Assembly (NCBI GenBank): GCA_000320545.1
Contig: ADNK01002424.1
Coordinates: forward strand, 46,158 to 110,157
Direction of reading: 5' to 3'
Source of the DNA: Bigelowiella natans CCMP2755
Lineage: Eukaryota > Protista > Cercozoa
DNA: 64,000 nucleotides
Position numbers and translations under genes: made by a program. Below the pieces are notes generated by a model, which worked only from the letters and a program-made list of their open reading frames with translations, was not told where the DNA came from and ran no database searches. Shown here piece by piece: positions 25,485 through 40,711 of this stretch (its first letter is position 1; every line of letters begins with the position of its first letter).

Positions 25485-27007
25485 AAATATAGCCCTACTT
25501 GCAAGCACCTGCTGCTGTTCGTAAAGGGTTAAGGGTGTAATAATAATAATAACTAGATCATCATCGACTCTTCCTCGTCATGACGATGATGCTGCTGTTA
25601 TTGTATTCGATGATACGTATAAACTACAGGAGCGCTTGATAGAGCCAGAGAAGCACGCAAAAGAAGGAAGGAGGGAAAAGGCCAAGGAAGGTGGTTATTA
25701 CTACTATGAAAAGAAAACACAAATAAATCATTCTCAAAGGAGAAAGAGGGAAAAAAAAAGGAATAAAGGGCTAGATCGTCTAGAGATCATGCTGCTGCTA
25801 CTTCTTACTGCTCATGATACTGTCTGAATACAACACAAAGATAATGCGTATCATTAATCATCACCATCATCATCTTCATTATCATCATATCCTTTATAAT
25901 AGCTCATCTTTCTTCTGTTGTTGTTCTTTGATGAATTATGATCCAGATCACGCAGAGCATCCGTCATGCTTCTTCCTCATAATTTGCTTCATTTTAAGGC
26001 TGTAAAGAAAGATAAGTGCTATTGTTGTGAGATGGAGATAGAACTAAAGACATGGTGCATTGATTGCGATCCTGGTACGTTAATCGTACTAGTTAGTACC
26101 TACTAGTAGTGGTGGTTAAATAATCATGCTGAATGATGATGACCTAATTTTTTCCTCTTCCAATTAAAACACCAACTGCAACCTAGAGTGTTTGTACTTG
26201 TTCCTACTTCTCTAATACCACTGAATATTGACAATTACCATCATCATCATCATCATCATCATCACCATCATCACAGCAGCAGCAACAACAGGTAGGCCAA
26301 ACTGCTTATTCTTATGATATGATATGTAGGAGGGAAGGTGGTTCCATTGTGCGGAGATTGTGATGAAGATATTCACGATACTGCGAAAGGAAGGAAACAT
26401 AAGCGTTCTCCATACCAAGATGACAAACCGGTGTTAGATAGAAAGATTGATGCCTGTTCCTCCTCTTCCTATGCTGCTGCAGCAGCAGCATCTTCATCAC
26501 CATTCATTATGATGAGCAATCATCAGGAGAGTAGTAGTAGTCGTCGTAGTAGTAGTAGTAGTACATGTCGCCAACATTAGCTATATCAAGATTGATGATA
26601 ATGCTGATGAAGAAAAAGTTGAAAATATCACATTTCCTAGCAGTTGTAGTAAGTGGTAGCTGTCAGGGTTGTTGGGGGAGAGCGTATGGTGTATAATATT
26701 GTATGGTATATAATATTAACTTTATTGACACAACAGATCGTATATATCCGTTTTGAACCGCTACTATCTATCTATCATCACCATATCATCATCATCATCA
26801 TCATCGTCTTTTCGTTCCAGGCTCCTAGAGACCTGCAGGACTTTGCTGACTCACTATTGGAAGAAATAGAAAACGATTTAGATGCATTTAACAAAATGAA
26901 CGCACATCTCAACCATGCGGTAATGGAAGTTGATAACGACGATAATGGTGATGCTGCTGCTGCAAAGAAGAAAAAGAAAGAAGGGAGGCCAGAGAAGGTA
27001 TTCATGT

Positions 27008-27045
<38 letters not shown>

Positions 27046-27766
27046 TATGCTGTTCTCTTATAGTTTAATGATAGTGATGTTTACTACTTTACGCAATATG
27101 TCCATCATTGTCGTATGCTAATTGTGAGATCATGTTAATGATAATTAATAACATCAACGACTATATCACCACTTTACATTGATAAGCTGTTAGTAATTAG
27201 AACTATTTGGCGTTACTACTTAGCACCATCCCTCATTTATAACTACTACAAACATTGTTGTTGTTCTTCCTCAACTTCTCCTCTTTTTTCCTTGGATTAT
27301 TCACCAAATATCACTTTCCTATACTCTCATCTTCATCATCCTCATCATCATCATCATCACCGCCATCATCATCATTAGGATTGTGCATGTAGTAGCACCC
27401 GATTCTATATTTACTTCTCGTTGTCTGTTATATGTTTTATTTGTATTTGTTGTCTGTTATATGCTTATTTGTATTTGTTGTTCTTTTATTCTTGATGTAC
27501 TACAAAAGACTACTACTAAAGCGTCAATAAAAGGAGGAGAAGATAAGGAGAGTAGTAGTGCTAACAGCGATCTCATTGGAAAATTGTTTCTGGATGCTGG
27601 AATAGGCTTTCCTGATAATGCTACTAGATCATCATCATCATCATCACCCCATAACAACGATCTTAAGGAGGGGAAGAAGGGATACAATACTCCTACTACT
27701 ACTACTGGCTCAGGCGGTTTGAAGAGATTGAGCACAAGATCATCACACCTCCAAAAATCTATGCAT

Positions 27767-27798
<32 letters not shown>

Positions 27799-29058
27799 CT
27801 AACAGAAGAAATCAAGATATCATGTGCTGCTACTGCTGCTTAATTCTCAATGATGCAATAAATATATATATATATATATATATATATGAGATTTATAATA
27901 TCAAAATGAGCATCACTGTCGGTAGGAATATAAGGGCATAAGGGAGAGAGCTAACAACAAGCTACTTCAATAACTTAACACACAGAATAATTTCAATATT
28001 TTGTTATCCATTGATATATCTTATATGACAAAAGTAGTAGTAGTAGTAGTAGTACTCTGATGTTATGATGGTGAGGATGATGATGATGATGATGGTGATG
28101 GTGGTGTATTTTGTATATGTTGTTGCACACGACGTGTGTACGTCTAGCTTGCTTCTGGCTGAGGGGCTTGGAGATATGCTAGATTCTCCAGTATCATCAT
28201 CAACCAGCACTCAACTCAAAGCAGCAAAGTTCTTGATGCCCAATAATGAGCAAGAAGACCAAAATAAAAGACTACTAGAAAAGCTAACCCAAGGTAGGTA
28301 GGTAGTAGTTGGAAATCAGTGAGTCGGTGAGCTCTTTGGTGACTTTCTACTTTAGTGAGGGAATTGTTGTTCTTGGTGATGATGATGATGAGAGATATGC
28401 GTTTTATCATCTAATCCCCACCTTCCCTCCTCCCCCTCCTCCTCTCTCTTATACAAACAACTAATATTTGAAAAGGAAAGTCAAAAGTTAGCACCAATCT
28501 TGTGATGCAGCATTTGGAGCATTCTAATCAGTCTATCAGCCATCTGAAACAGCAGCAGCAAGTACTATTTTTACAGCTGCTACATGAATGAATAGTGTCC
28601 CCCCCCCCCCTCTCCTTTGGAATTATCATCATATAATAAAGATATGTTAGTTTTCTTCTTCTTCTTTATCTTCACCTAGATGTTGTTGGTTGGAGAAATC
28701 AGCTCGATATTGAGGATGGGGGCGGGGGGGAGTACATAGTAATTGGTGGTAATTCTTCTATTCTCAGGATGCTGAAAAAGATTTTGAGAGCCTTATGGAA
28801 AAGAAGAGAAGAAAGAAGGCGTCTGCTGCGATAGCAGCTAAGGCAAAGATGAAAGCAAGGGAACACATTGAAGAAAAGAAAAAGAGAGAGGAGGCCCAAG
28901 AAAAAGAAGATGGGTGCAGCAGTAACGATGATGACGATGATGATGACTTTTTGGGGGGTGATGTGTACCAAATGGAAGCTGATTGTCCAAAGATTGGGTA
29001 CTACTACTAGTAATAATAATAATATCAACAATAATGCAGATGTTTCATTGATAGTAGC

Positions 29059-29095
<37 letters not shown>

Positions 29096-29119
29096 TGGAA
29101 GAAGAAGAATAAGTAATTG

Positions 29120-29164
<45 letters not shown>

Positions 29165-29541
29165 GTTATCTGATTCCAGTGTTGTATGATAATATAAGAT
29201 ACCAAGCAATTATCATCTATATCCTTTCCGACATCCTTGCATGTAATAGTAGGAGAAGGAGGAGGAATGGTGTACTTACTATCAACAACTACCAATATAA
29301 TTATTGTTCTTCTCTCCTTGTTATCGAGTATGTGATTACATTTGAATTTGTCTTGTCACAGAGACTGCTTGGCATTTGGTACTGGTAAAATAGCAATGAT
29401 AGCGTGTGGGGGAAGTCATTGTGGGGCTATTACATCTTCTGGGTAAGAAAGAACAAAAGGAAGAAGAAAAACAAGATTTCCATGATGAGTTTATTTTCTG
29501 TTAGTAGTGTGCAAGTTTGTGGATATTTATCGTTTTTAATC

Positions 29542-29577
<36 letters not shown>

Positions 29578-30053
29578 AATTGGCATACATCGAGAGGAGA
29601 AAACATCGATAATCAACAGACGAGTAATGATTCATACTCTCCAACTACAGCCTATTATACATGTGGGGACGCAATAACTTTGGTCAGCTTGGAATAGGAA
29701 GGTATACTATTAGTCATGTGTAATTTTTGGGCGGGGGGGGGATGAGAACAAGATAAGTAAGAAGTTCCTGTTTCTTGTTGTTTAAGATGATGATGATGAT
29801 GAATATATAGTGTTGTGATATGTACTACTACTTGATTGAAAGTAACGAGGACAACATCGATCATCCTACCCTCGTCGTTCTCCCCCCTCCAAGAAACAAG
29901 AAAAGAGGGTACTAATACTAACAACAAACTATAAAATAACAATTTATAATCCAACGGTTTGCTAGTAGTAGTAGTAGTATATAGATCGCATCATCAAAGT
30001 AATGTACTCTTATCTCATCATTGACTACTGCTACTACTGTAACAACTGACTGA

Positions 30054-30085
<32 letters not shown>

Positions 30086-31393
30086 GGTTCTCGTACGCAT
30101 CGAAGCTTGCATGTGGGTACAGACACACTGCTGCTGCATGCAGCAACTCTTCCATCTATACTTGGGGGAATGGTACTACTAGTACTTCTAGTAGTACTTT
30201 TTTAAGTTAGTGACTGGGGTGATATTGTATACCATCATCTTTTTGTTTCTTCTTGGTATAACACCCATCATTCTACGAATACTTTCTTATTTTCATTGAA
30301 TATCAATATGACCATCATCGTCCCCAGAGAGGAAAACAGCAACCAACCTACCCCCCTTAACTTACCTGATAGTACACTAGAATTACAATGCAATATATTC
30401 TACTGCCTGATTCATTGCCTGTAGTTTAAGAAGAACAGTCACTTGATAAATAAATGCGTATATCTTCTTCTTCTTCTTCTTCTTCTTCTTCTTCTTCTTG
30501 ATTGTAACCATTTCACAGGTATGTATGGTGTTCTTGGCCATGGTTCTGACATCGATTACGATTCTCCTAAAGAAATTCAAGATATTCCCCAAAGTAATGG
30601 GGTGATAGCCCTGTGTTGTTCCCAGTACAATACGGGTGCTGTAATTCAAATAGATGATGAAGATGGTGATGATGATAATGATCCGCATCATCATCATCAT
30701 CATCATCATACATCGTTGCGAACGGAGGTATTATTATGTGTGCAGCAGCAGCAGCAGCATATCCGTATCAATATGTTGTATAGCAGTACCGTTATACCAT
30801 TTCATCAAATTATGAGTACTATGGTTGGTTTTCCAAAAGCTTGAGGATAATAACAGCTATTTTTCCATAATATCATTTTGCACGTCATCATCTAGATATA
30901 TGCTGCTTGCTGCTGTTTCCTTTGATAGTACTTTATAAGGTTTGTTGTTGTGTTTGTCTTTATGACTGCTACTACTACTACTACTACTACTACTACTATT
31001 ACACCAACAATCCAATATTGATGATGATAATGACAACAACAACAATAGGTGTACACATGGGGAGCAAATGAGAGCGGTCAAATAGGAGACGGGTCTTTAG
31101 GTAGCGACTAGACTAGTGTACATCTCCTTATTTTTCTTCTTCTTCTTCTTTTCTTCTCCGTATTATGTAGTACTATCACATAGAAGAACAATATATAATA
31201 GCGCCTATCATCAACACCATTCTAATAGTCTCTTTCTTTTCTTGTATTTGTTTGATATAACTACAATGTGTTCAAGGTCCAGCGATGGTGCCAAAGCGAA
31301 TCAAATCTAAGTATTTTGATGGAGGGTCGTATGTGATAAGTCTCTCGTTTGGAAACAGGTGATGATAGTAAGAGAATAAGAGATAGGTATGTG

Positions 31394-31424
<31 letters not shown>

Positions 31425-31833
31425 TAGTAGTAGTAGTAGTGGTAGTAGTTGTATCTGGGAGGAGGAGGAGGAGGAGGAGGAGGAGGAGGAGGAGGAAGGT
31501 GATTGAGAAGAGGAAAAAGCCATAAGTAACTGTCATCGTGGTATATTATACTGAATTTATTGATTGATATTCTTCTCTTCTATAACACTTTTGAAGGCAT
31601 GCCGCTGCGTGCTGTCAAAGTGGTAAGGTACTGAATCATTCCCTCCCCCATCAGGAGTAGAAAGAATACGTTACCTGTTGTTTTCATACTTTTTGATTTA
31701 TGTGCCATGTGGGTAAGTTGGAATGGGGGGGGAGAAGGGGGTGGTCAAAGCATGAACAAAAAGTATTGAAACTTGTATTAGTATTAGTATTAGTAGTAGT
31801 AGTAGTGTAGTATCTCTCTTAGTTGGTTTGTGC

Positions 31834-31905
<72 letters not shown>

Positions 31906-32381
31906 TTTGTTGGCGTAATGCAACATGATTCAATTATGTACCATCAAGGTGTACACATGGGGAAAGAATGAATTCGGTCAATTAGGGTAATAATAATAGT
32001 TATCACTCTCTTCTTCTCTCCTCCTCCCCAGCTGTATGTAGCACACTAATAAAGAGAAGATCTAGGATGACGATGGGGACTGTATAGCATAGCTACCAAC
32101 ATAAATGAAAAAACAATAACTAATGTTTGATGTGGTGATTTAATGATGATGCAGTTATCTTATAAACGAAGAAACGGCAGATAGTAAAGACAGCAAGGAA
32201 GTACGTAGTAGTAGAGTAGTAGTAGTAGTAATAGTAGCTACTGAATCCATAATGAGATTATTCAGGACTTGATGATAATGATTTTGATGATGATGATGAT
32301 GATGATGATAATGATGATGAAAAGTGTCATCTACTAGCTTACTGAAGAATTCAAGCATGATGGCATATATGTATACATATG

Positions 32382-32451
<70 letters not shown>

Positions 32452-33400
32452 TAGAGAGAGATTCAAAATCTAATGAACTAATATGATTCATATGCTAATC
32501 AACCGTATTTCACTACCAAGCACACACACACACACACACACATGTCTTACATTGCTACTACTACTACTACTACTACAGCGGCAATTGGTACCTCGTCAAG
32601 TTTCGAGTTTATCCTCAAAACACAATCAACACATTATCGAGGTATTCATTATACTTCGGTAGCAATTATATCTTATTTTATCTTTTGTTAGACTTAACAT
32701 GACAAATCAAATAATGATATACAACACAAGGCTGCAGCACTTTTTATTTCACAACTCATCATCATCATCATCATCATTATCATTATCATCATTATCATCA
32801 CCGTCTGTCTGTCTTAGGTTGCATGTGGGGAGAGACACACCTCAGTGTTATCAAACGAAGGTGTTATTTGGAGCTGGGGAGCAGGTAGTAGACTTATTTT
32901 GCCCCTCCTCCATATCCTCCTCCTCCTCCTCTTAGTTGGCCAAGTAGTAGTAGTAGTAGTAGTAGAGGTAGCAGTAGTGTGGAAAGTGGGTTGGTAGAGG
33001 TCTAGAAAAATGTTGTTGTGTAGTGTTTCAAAGTTGTTTGTTAATCAATTTACATACGAACATGGCTACTACTTACCACTATATACTTAATACTTCTAAA
33101 ATACTAATAATAATAATAATAATAATAATAATAGGCGAAACGCACCAACTTGGTATCCTTGATAATGAAGATGTCTACTACCCGGTGAGGGTAGATGCTC
33201 TCTTCAAGGTGTGGTTAGTAGTAGTGAAGTAGTATTGTCATTCCTGTTGTTCAGTTGTTCTATGGTAATCCTAAGTAGTGTCAGCATCCATCAACATCAC
33301 CATCTTAAAGTTGGTGTTTGTTGCTCTTATTATTGCTTTATTCTAGCACAAATTTGATTTTATGATCTGCAACTGCTACAACAACAAAAGCTTAGCATGT

Positions 33401-33494
<94 letters not shown>

Positions 33495-35326
33495 AAGAGA
33501 GAAAGAGCGTCATCAATACAGCAATTACTACACGGCTTATTCCTCCTCTACATGTGTGTGTAGTTCACAATAATACATACTCCAAGAGCATTCACTTTAT
33601 AAGTACATGTGTAGTTCACAATAATACTCCAAGAGCATTCACTTTATAAGGCTAATATTAATTACTTTCTACCGATGATACTAATTCTGAATGGTGATGA
33701 TAATGATACATTGATGAAGGCAAGTCGTTCATTTATAATATTATCTTCTTCTCCCCCTCCTCCTTCTTAAGGGTGAGGAGATCGTTCGCCATATATCGGT
33801 TGGTGTATCCGTATCATGCTGCGTGACGATGAAAGGAGAGGTCATTAGTAGTACCACACACACACACACACACATACACACTACAAGCATACTCTCCCAT
33901 GTACAATCATCGTTTAACCATACTGACTTCTATTATTCCTAACTACTATACGATATACGATCGACTAACTACTAAAAGATATACGTCTGGGGATTTGCGG
34001 TTGAGGCAGCTTTGCCAAAGCTGATCAATAAGCTGCAAAACGAGTACTTTAGATACGCAATGGTTAATGCAGATGGAAAGCTCTTGCTTCTCTCAGGATC
34101 TACACAGGTAGTAGGCTGTAATGGCCATCGTCATCATTGATGATCATCATTATGAGCTCTTGTACTAAGAGAGGAGGAGGAGGGGTATAAGGAGAGAGAT
34201 GTAGAAGAAGTAGAAGAAGAAGATGATGATGATAATGAGAGCTTATTTGGATTTACATACAACAAAGTGCTTGCTGGCATGAATTGTCAAATATGAGGAT
34301 GGTGATGATGGTCATGATAATAAGAAGAAAGCGGAGAAGAGGAGTAGTAGTAGTAGCAGCAGTAGTAGTGTATATAATCATCATCATCATCATCATCATC
34401 CTTATCATTATCATGCGACTCTCTCCAGGATGTTTACACATGGTCAATTCCTGACGATGAGGATGATGAAAATGACGTAATGATAACAATGTCAATTATG
34501 TAGTAGTTGTTGTATTAGCACGCACCCACACACGGTGATGTTCATTAGTAAGTAGAGCTTTCCTTGGAACCCAAAAACAACATAAATTCTATCTTCCTTC
34601 TTCTTCTTTAAGCACTACTCCTCTTATATAATAGCGTCATAAAGCAATTGATAATAGTTGAGAAGTAGCACACCCTTAATGAAGAACCATAAATGAGGGG
34701 TAAAGCAGACGTTATCACTAAGGGTTCTTCTTCTTCTTCCTCCCTCTATTCCCTACTACTGCTCTTACTACCACTACTACTACTACTACACCTTGTTATC
34801 ATTATTCTTTCAGGAACGTCCTGGATGCGCAGCATCAGATAAGAAAACGGCCTTAGAGCGCATTGACGATTTGAGAGGAAAGAGAATTGTTTCTATCGAT
34901 GCAGATACACACGTTCTTGTGGTAGTAAAGATGATGAAGAAGAAGAAGAAGAAGAAGAAGAAGAAAAGAGGACCTAATATTGTCTACCAGCACCGTGTTG
35001 ATTGAAGATGTTATCGTCAGAAGATAATTAATAGTATATAAAAAAGAAAATCACGACTAACACTCACAACATCAGTCACAGGCAGCAGCATGCTTAAGTT
35101 CATATTACTACAAGATATCTTGTCTACTTCATTTTATAATCATCTTCATCGTTATTATCATTGTATAGGCATGCAACACAGGTGAGTTGTTTGGTTGGGG
35201 GGAGAATAGAGATGGCCAGATTGGAGTTGGGAATGATGATTACTGTGATTTCCCCATTCGCGTGGATATCAAGGTAGTAGTGCAAATAGTAATCATAGTA
35301 GTAGTAGTAGTAGTAGTAGCACAGTC

Positions 35327-35371
<45 letters not shown>

Positions 35372-37553
35372 GCTCACACGCACACACACAGACAGACAGA
35401 CAGGATTGATATATCTTGACACATAGTGATCCCCATTGGGAATTATTAGCAGCTTTCACAACTACTACTACTACTACTACTACTACTGCTACTACTACTG
35501 CTACTACTACTACTACTACTACTGTACCCAGGAATCAGTGGTCAGTGTTGCTGCAGAGGAATATCACTCTCTTGCACTCACGGCAGGGGTACTATCATCA
35601 CCATCATCATGAAAAAATACAAGCACTACTCTCTAGCACTTGCCGATTTCTTTAGCCTATATGATACTACTACTACTACTACTACTACTACTACCCGTAG
35701 TAGCACCAACTAGTTTCTCTCTTCCACGTGCATCTTTCATCATTTATATATATGGTATTAGTGTGATATATCCAACAATCAATCTATTATAAGGGAAACG
35801 TATACGCGTGGGGGAATGGAGAACAAGGACGACTTGGTCTTGGACACGATAGGTACTTCTTACACTAAGTTATTATGATGAGATATACCGAGGAGAAAAC
35901 AGGGTTATTGGAGGATATGGATGTTTATAAAGGAAGCCTCCTCCTCCTCCTCCTTTTACTACTACTACTACTACTACAACTACTACTACTACTCTACTGC
36001 TGCTGCTACAAAGTAATACTCACCATTAATGATTTGGTGTGTTTTCCCTCCCCCCCGTACCATTGGAACAACAACGTCAGGGACCAAGCAACACCTGCCA
36101 TGGTAAGTAAGTAAGTAAGTAACTAAGTAAGGCTGCTTTTGCAAACCTTTTTAATTTCTCCATGAGTGAGTGTAGTGCATTTGAGTATGGTGGCTCGATA
36201 AAGATTTACTCTGGGTCAATTGAGGATGTTATCTAATTGGAACAAACCGTCATTGTCCTTAAGCATTTGCTGTAAATGATTGATATATTTTGGATGTTAT
36301 AGTTCTGGAACATTTATAGTCAGAGGGGGGTGCTTTTTTAACTCACTTCTACTCTACACTGTACAATGTATCGATCAGGTGAAGGACTTGCAATCAGTAA
36401 TGATCAGGAAAATAGCAGCGGGCAAGTTTAATTCTGGAGGTTGTTGTAATGATGATGATCCTATCACCTTCTCACCATGCTGTGCTGCTGGTGATAGTAG
36501 TACCCAAAGGAGAATGATTTATGATTACTTTCTTGTAATTACAATTATCATCTTCCAAAGACCTATTTTGCAGCTTCATCTCTTCTTACTTGCTTTTCGT
36601 CGTCATCATCATGATCAACGATGTATTCTTAGCTATTGACACTAAAGGAGGACTCTATCTCTGGGGGGTGAGTTGAAGGAGAGAGAGAATAGTAATAGAA
36701 TAGTAAGAAGAAAACAGTAACATACATTATTGATGATGATGATGATGATGATGATGATGCAACAATTGATTGATAATTGTCGTAAGCCATACACGTGTGT
36801 TTAATATGGTTTTTAATCGGTTTCTTGCCGTGTACAAACTGATTATTTTATAATAATTTTCATTATTGTTGTTGTTGTTGCTGCTGCTGTTGTTGTACAT
36901 CTGTTGTATTTAAAGGCTGGGAATAGCAAACAGCTTGGATTTAAGGGAAAGAGCGAGAGATTTCTTGATACACATATGAACCCTTTGAAAGTAAACAAAT
37001 GAAGATATCAGAAGAGATAAATCGTAGCGTATTTCGGTCATGTGATTCTCCTCATTATCATCATCAATCACAGGTAAAAACTTTGAAAGATAAGCAGATA
37101 AAGAATCTAGCACTGGGAGCAAAGCACGCCATTGTCTGCACGCAAAAGGTAGTAAAAGTATTTAAGTAATTCATTGTATAATCATCGTTCAATCATCGTC
37201 ATTTTATGAGTGCATTGGGGTGTACTTGTGATTAGACTCACTGCTATCAACAACACACACACACACACACACACAACCATGATCATCATATTAATCTTAT
37301 AGGGTGAGGTATTAAGTTGGGGTTCCAATGACTTCGGCCAATTAGGTTATATATATATATATAAATATATATATATATTTACACACATATATGTATATCC
37401 TTTTATACGTCTTAACTTGCTTCGATATCCCCCCTGATATGTACAGTCAATATATTCACACATGCACATATTGCGTGTGTGTGTGTTGTGTGTGTGTGTG
37501 TGTGTGTGTGCCAATATAACAAACCACAAAAGGACCTGTGTTTCTTTAACTTC

Positions 37554-37592
<39 letters not shown>

Positions 37593-37947
37593 TCTCTCAT
37601 TGGAATACAAACGAAAGTTGTTGTCTTTTCTTGCTTTCTGATATTATGATTCGAGCCAAATACTTCCTACATGTATTGGAATTTGGGATTTACATAGATA
37701 ATAAGACGCATTACTTTCTATTTAGCAGCTCCTAAATACAAAAACAAAGCATCATTTCAAGTAAGATTTGCCTATATAGGAACGGGAGAAGAGGAGGACT
37801 ATCAAGACGATGATGACTATTTTCTTTGCACAGGGCCTCAAATGGTGATGATGATGATGATGATGATAATGATTATACTTGTTGCGTAGAAGTAGTATAG
37901 AATCACAAATCAGAAAGTGTTGCAACACGTGATTTGTCTATAATATC

Positions 37948-37991
<44 letters not shown>

Positions 37992-38550
37992 GTTATTTAT
38001 TTATTAATAAACACGTGTACTGAAATACTATCTTCACCGAGTTTAATAATAGACAAAGTAGTAGTAGAAGTAGTATGTGTAGTAATAGTAGTACTTCACC
38101 AAAACCACACACGTCTATATCTCTATGTTGTTGTTGTCTCAATGTAGCGAATAAGAATGTTCAATTTTTTATGTACTTAATGACAGCAATTTGAGGATGC
38201 TCTTCCTTGATCTAAGTTTCTACCGATTTATCTTGTTTATTCTTTATCCAAAGGTCAAACTACCGGGAGGAGGAAGGTGCCATTGCGTGTATGCTGGTAC
38301 AGATTTAAGTTATGCTCTTACTGAAGAAGGAAAGGTGATTTGGTTATAGCAGCAGTACCAGATACCTTATGGAGATCTACTAATTGAATGCATAAACACA
38401 CAGTCATATCAATCAACATCAGCATGTACACGTATTATAACATCATGATATATTAATGTGCTTCTTACTGCCCCTATTGAGTTATGCTATTCGCTATATT
38501 CTCCTGCATGTTACTAATCCGCATTCTTCTCTTTCTCTACAAAACACGTA

Positions 38551-38584
<34 letters not shown>

Positions 38585-39182
38585 ATGTGTGTGTGTGTGT
38601 GTATCCCTCAGCTCTTTGGGTGGGGCTCAGGAGAAACCCATCAACTCGCAAACGAGGTTGGTTAAATTTGATTACTATTTTTCTTATATAATCGCACATG
38701 ACTCTTCCGTTAATTTTCTGGTCAAACTACGATTTCTATTCTGCAACGACTGTTCTCTCCATAAAAGTAGCAGCTACAGCACCCATCTATGCATGTTATC
38801 TATACATTTTGTTGGGAGAAAGAATATTAAAAAAGTGAAACATTCATTATACACTTTCATGAGAGTATTATAGTGAGAATCACAGGCATTAATATATGTA
38901 TATTTAATTATATTTATATTTGTGTGTGTGTGAGAGAGAGAGAGAAAGAGAGAGAGAGAGACAGAGAGAGAGTGTGTGTATGTGTGTGTGTGTGTGTGTG
39001 TTAGGGAAATGGATAGGAGGGTTTAGAGGTAGGAAGAGAACATGCAGAAATATACGATAATTATTAATTTAATGATATATGTGATTTATCGGAAAGGAGG
39101 AGGATTTCGCTGATGAATGGTATCCAAAGGAAATAAAGATCCAATCTTCTGCAGGGGGGGGTACTTCAGATTTTGAAGAGTG

Positions 39183-39213
<31 letters not shown>

Positions 39214-39758
39214 GATAATGATACTTCAAGAGTTCTTCGTAACAACTAATCCTTATTGAGATCTTCTTTATATCTACAAAAAAGAGCTCAATATCTTCTA
39301 ATTTAACTAAGATTGGTCTATTAATACCGTTTGTTGATGCTTCTCACTACTTACAGAAACAAAGATTACTCTTCTGTCGTTGGCTGGGACAAACACAGTT
39401 GCAATTGATGATAAAGGAAAGGTGTACTAGCATTATTACTGTTTCGAATTGTCACCCAATATAACTAGCCCTACAGCTTTAATGGAAGAATTGTTTGAGA
39501 AAAACTATTTTTACGACATGGGTAGCTACCGTATTTATTCCAGTAATTGTTGATTATCATGATCACGTCTCAATTATTACTATTATTCTCAAGGCATTTG
39601 GTTGGGGCTGGGACTTAGGCCATGATCCAAAGGAAATACAATCATCCCTTCAAATTAAAGAGAAGGTGGTGTGTTATACTAAAAGAGATGCATGCATGGG
39701 CCATACACTTAGCTAGCTACTTTGGTAGTAGAGGTGGAAAGAAAGTCTATCACATTTG

Positions 39759-39804
<46 letters not shown>

Positions 39805-39872
39805 CTAAATTGTTCCTCAATTAGGTATCAAATGCAGCAGTAGCTGTGAGTGACATCGTGTTTGTCTTTTAG
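24340..39872 (+). CDS. B-box zinc finger plus RCC1-repeat (about 14 blades) protein; more than 30 small exons
   Basis: The B-box is split over exons near 26000 and 26330 (CYCCEMEIELKTWCIDCDP|GGKVVPLCGDCDEDIH...KHKR). RCC1 repeats start at 29360: IACGGSHCGAITSSG|LLYMWGRNNFGQLGIG, LACGYRHTAAA..IYTWGNG|MYGVLGHG, VYTWGANESGQIGDG, VYTWGKNEFGQLG, VACGERHTSVL..IWSWGA|GETHQLG, LFGWGENRDGQIGVG, VYAWGNGEQGRLGLG, VLSWGSNDFGQL and others. Last exon VSNAAVAVSDIVFVF*, TAG ends at 39872. The 5' end is uncertain. Confidence 0.9.
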
Positions 39873-39939
39873 CAGTGATATCAAATAGAAATTCCAAACA
39901 TGTTTACAGTTTGGTCGCTAGATTAAGTGCAATAGCAAT

Positions 39940-40450
39940 GTTCAAGCTTTCGATTGCACCGGGTTGTTTGAGTCCAAATCCGCCAAGGCTTTATTGCTCA
40001 TTGCTGTGAACGATGATTTTGCAAATTTGGGTCGCAATTAGCAAGAAAAATGGCATTGCAAAGCGGTCTCAACTACTTTTGGTTCAGTTTTCGCGAGCGT
40101 ACAAGCAAAGAAGCATGCGTCTGTTTGTGTCCACAACACGTGTCTTCTTGCAAGCAGTGGTGCACAATGTGCCTATGCAATGCTTTTGTCATGCATTTGA
40201 ACATCTTTGAAACGAGCATGCCTGGTCACTTTTTGTCAAACTGAACATATGAGACGGATGTAATGAATTGATTAAATCTTTCCAATGATGGTCATCCTGA
40301 TCGATGGTGCGACACAAAGCACTCTGTCATTTCGACCATGAGCAATGCTGCTGTGCTAGCTAGCTAGGTGCTGGCCCATTGGTCCTCCACACTTATGCAC
40401 ATGTTTTCTGGGGCAATGCATTCTAGCATTGCATGATTTCATAGCTAGGC
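39940..40450. other. TpA-poor, TG/CA-rich block at convergent junction RCC1 gene(+)/C2CD3-like(-)
   Basis: Abrupt switch from microsatellite-rich, TA-rich DNA to TGCA/CATG-rich DNA, with GCTAGCTAGCTAG near 40355 and further CTAGs. Confidence 0.75.
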
Positions 40451-40653
40451 AGCAGCAGCAACAGCAGCAGGTAAAACAACTCTAAACAAATGTGAAATGG
40501 GGAGTCATCTGATGATTTATGCTCATGATTAACAACAATGATGACAATAAAATAACATATCAGAGCAGTACTTTCATGCTACTTTGGCGGTACAGGAAAC
40601 AGAAATACTTTTGAAACAAAATCGCCGCTTCTTCTTCTTCTCCTTCTTCTTCT

Positions 40654-40686
<33 letters not shown>

Positions 40687-40711
40687 GCTGCAATGGGCTG
40701 AAGTTTCTTAT

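Noticed and set aside
6570-34470. Possible non-canonical GA or GC donors (about 6621, 15979, 34462)
   Set aside because: Alternative canonical GT solutions cannot be excluded without transcript data.
8860-40450. Blocks as insertions of a transposon family
   Set aside because: No terminal repeats, target-site duplications, transposase/RT remnants or mutual similarity were visible by eye. A genome-wide search is still needed to exclude this fully.
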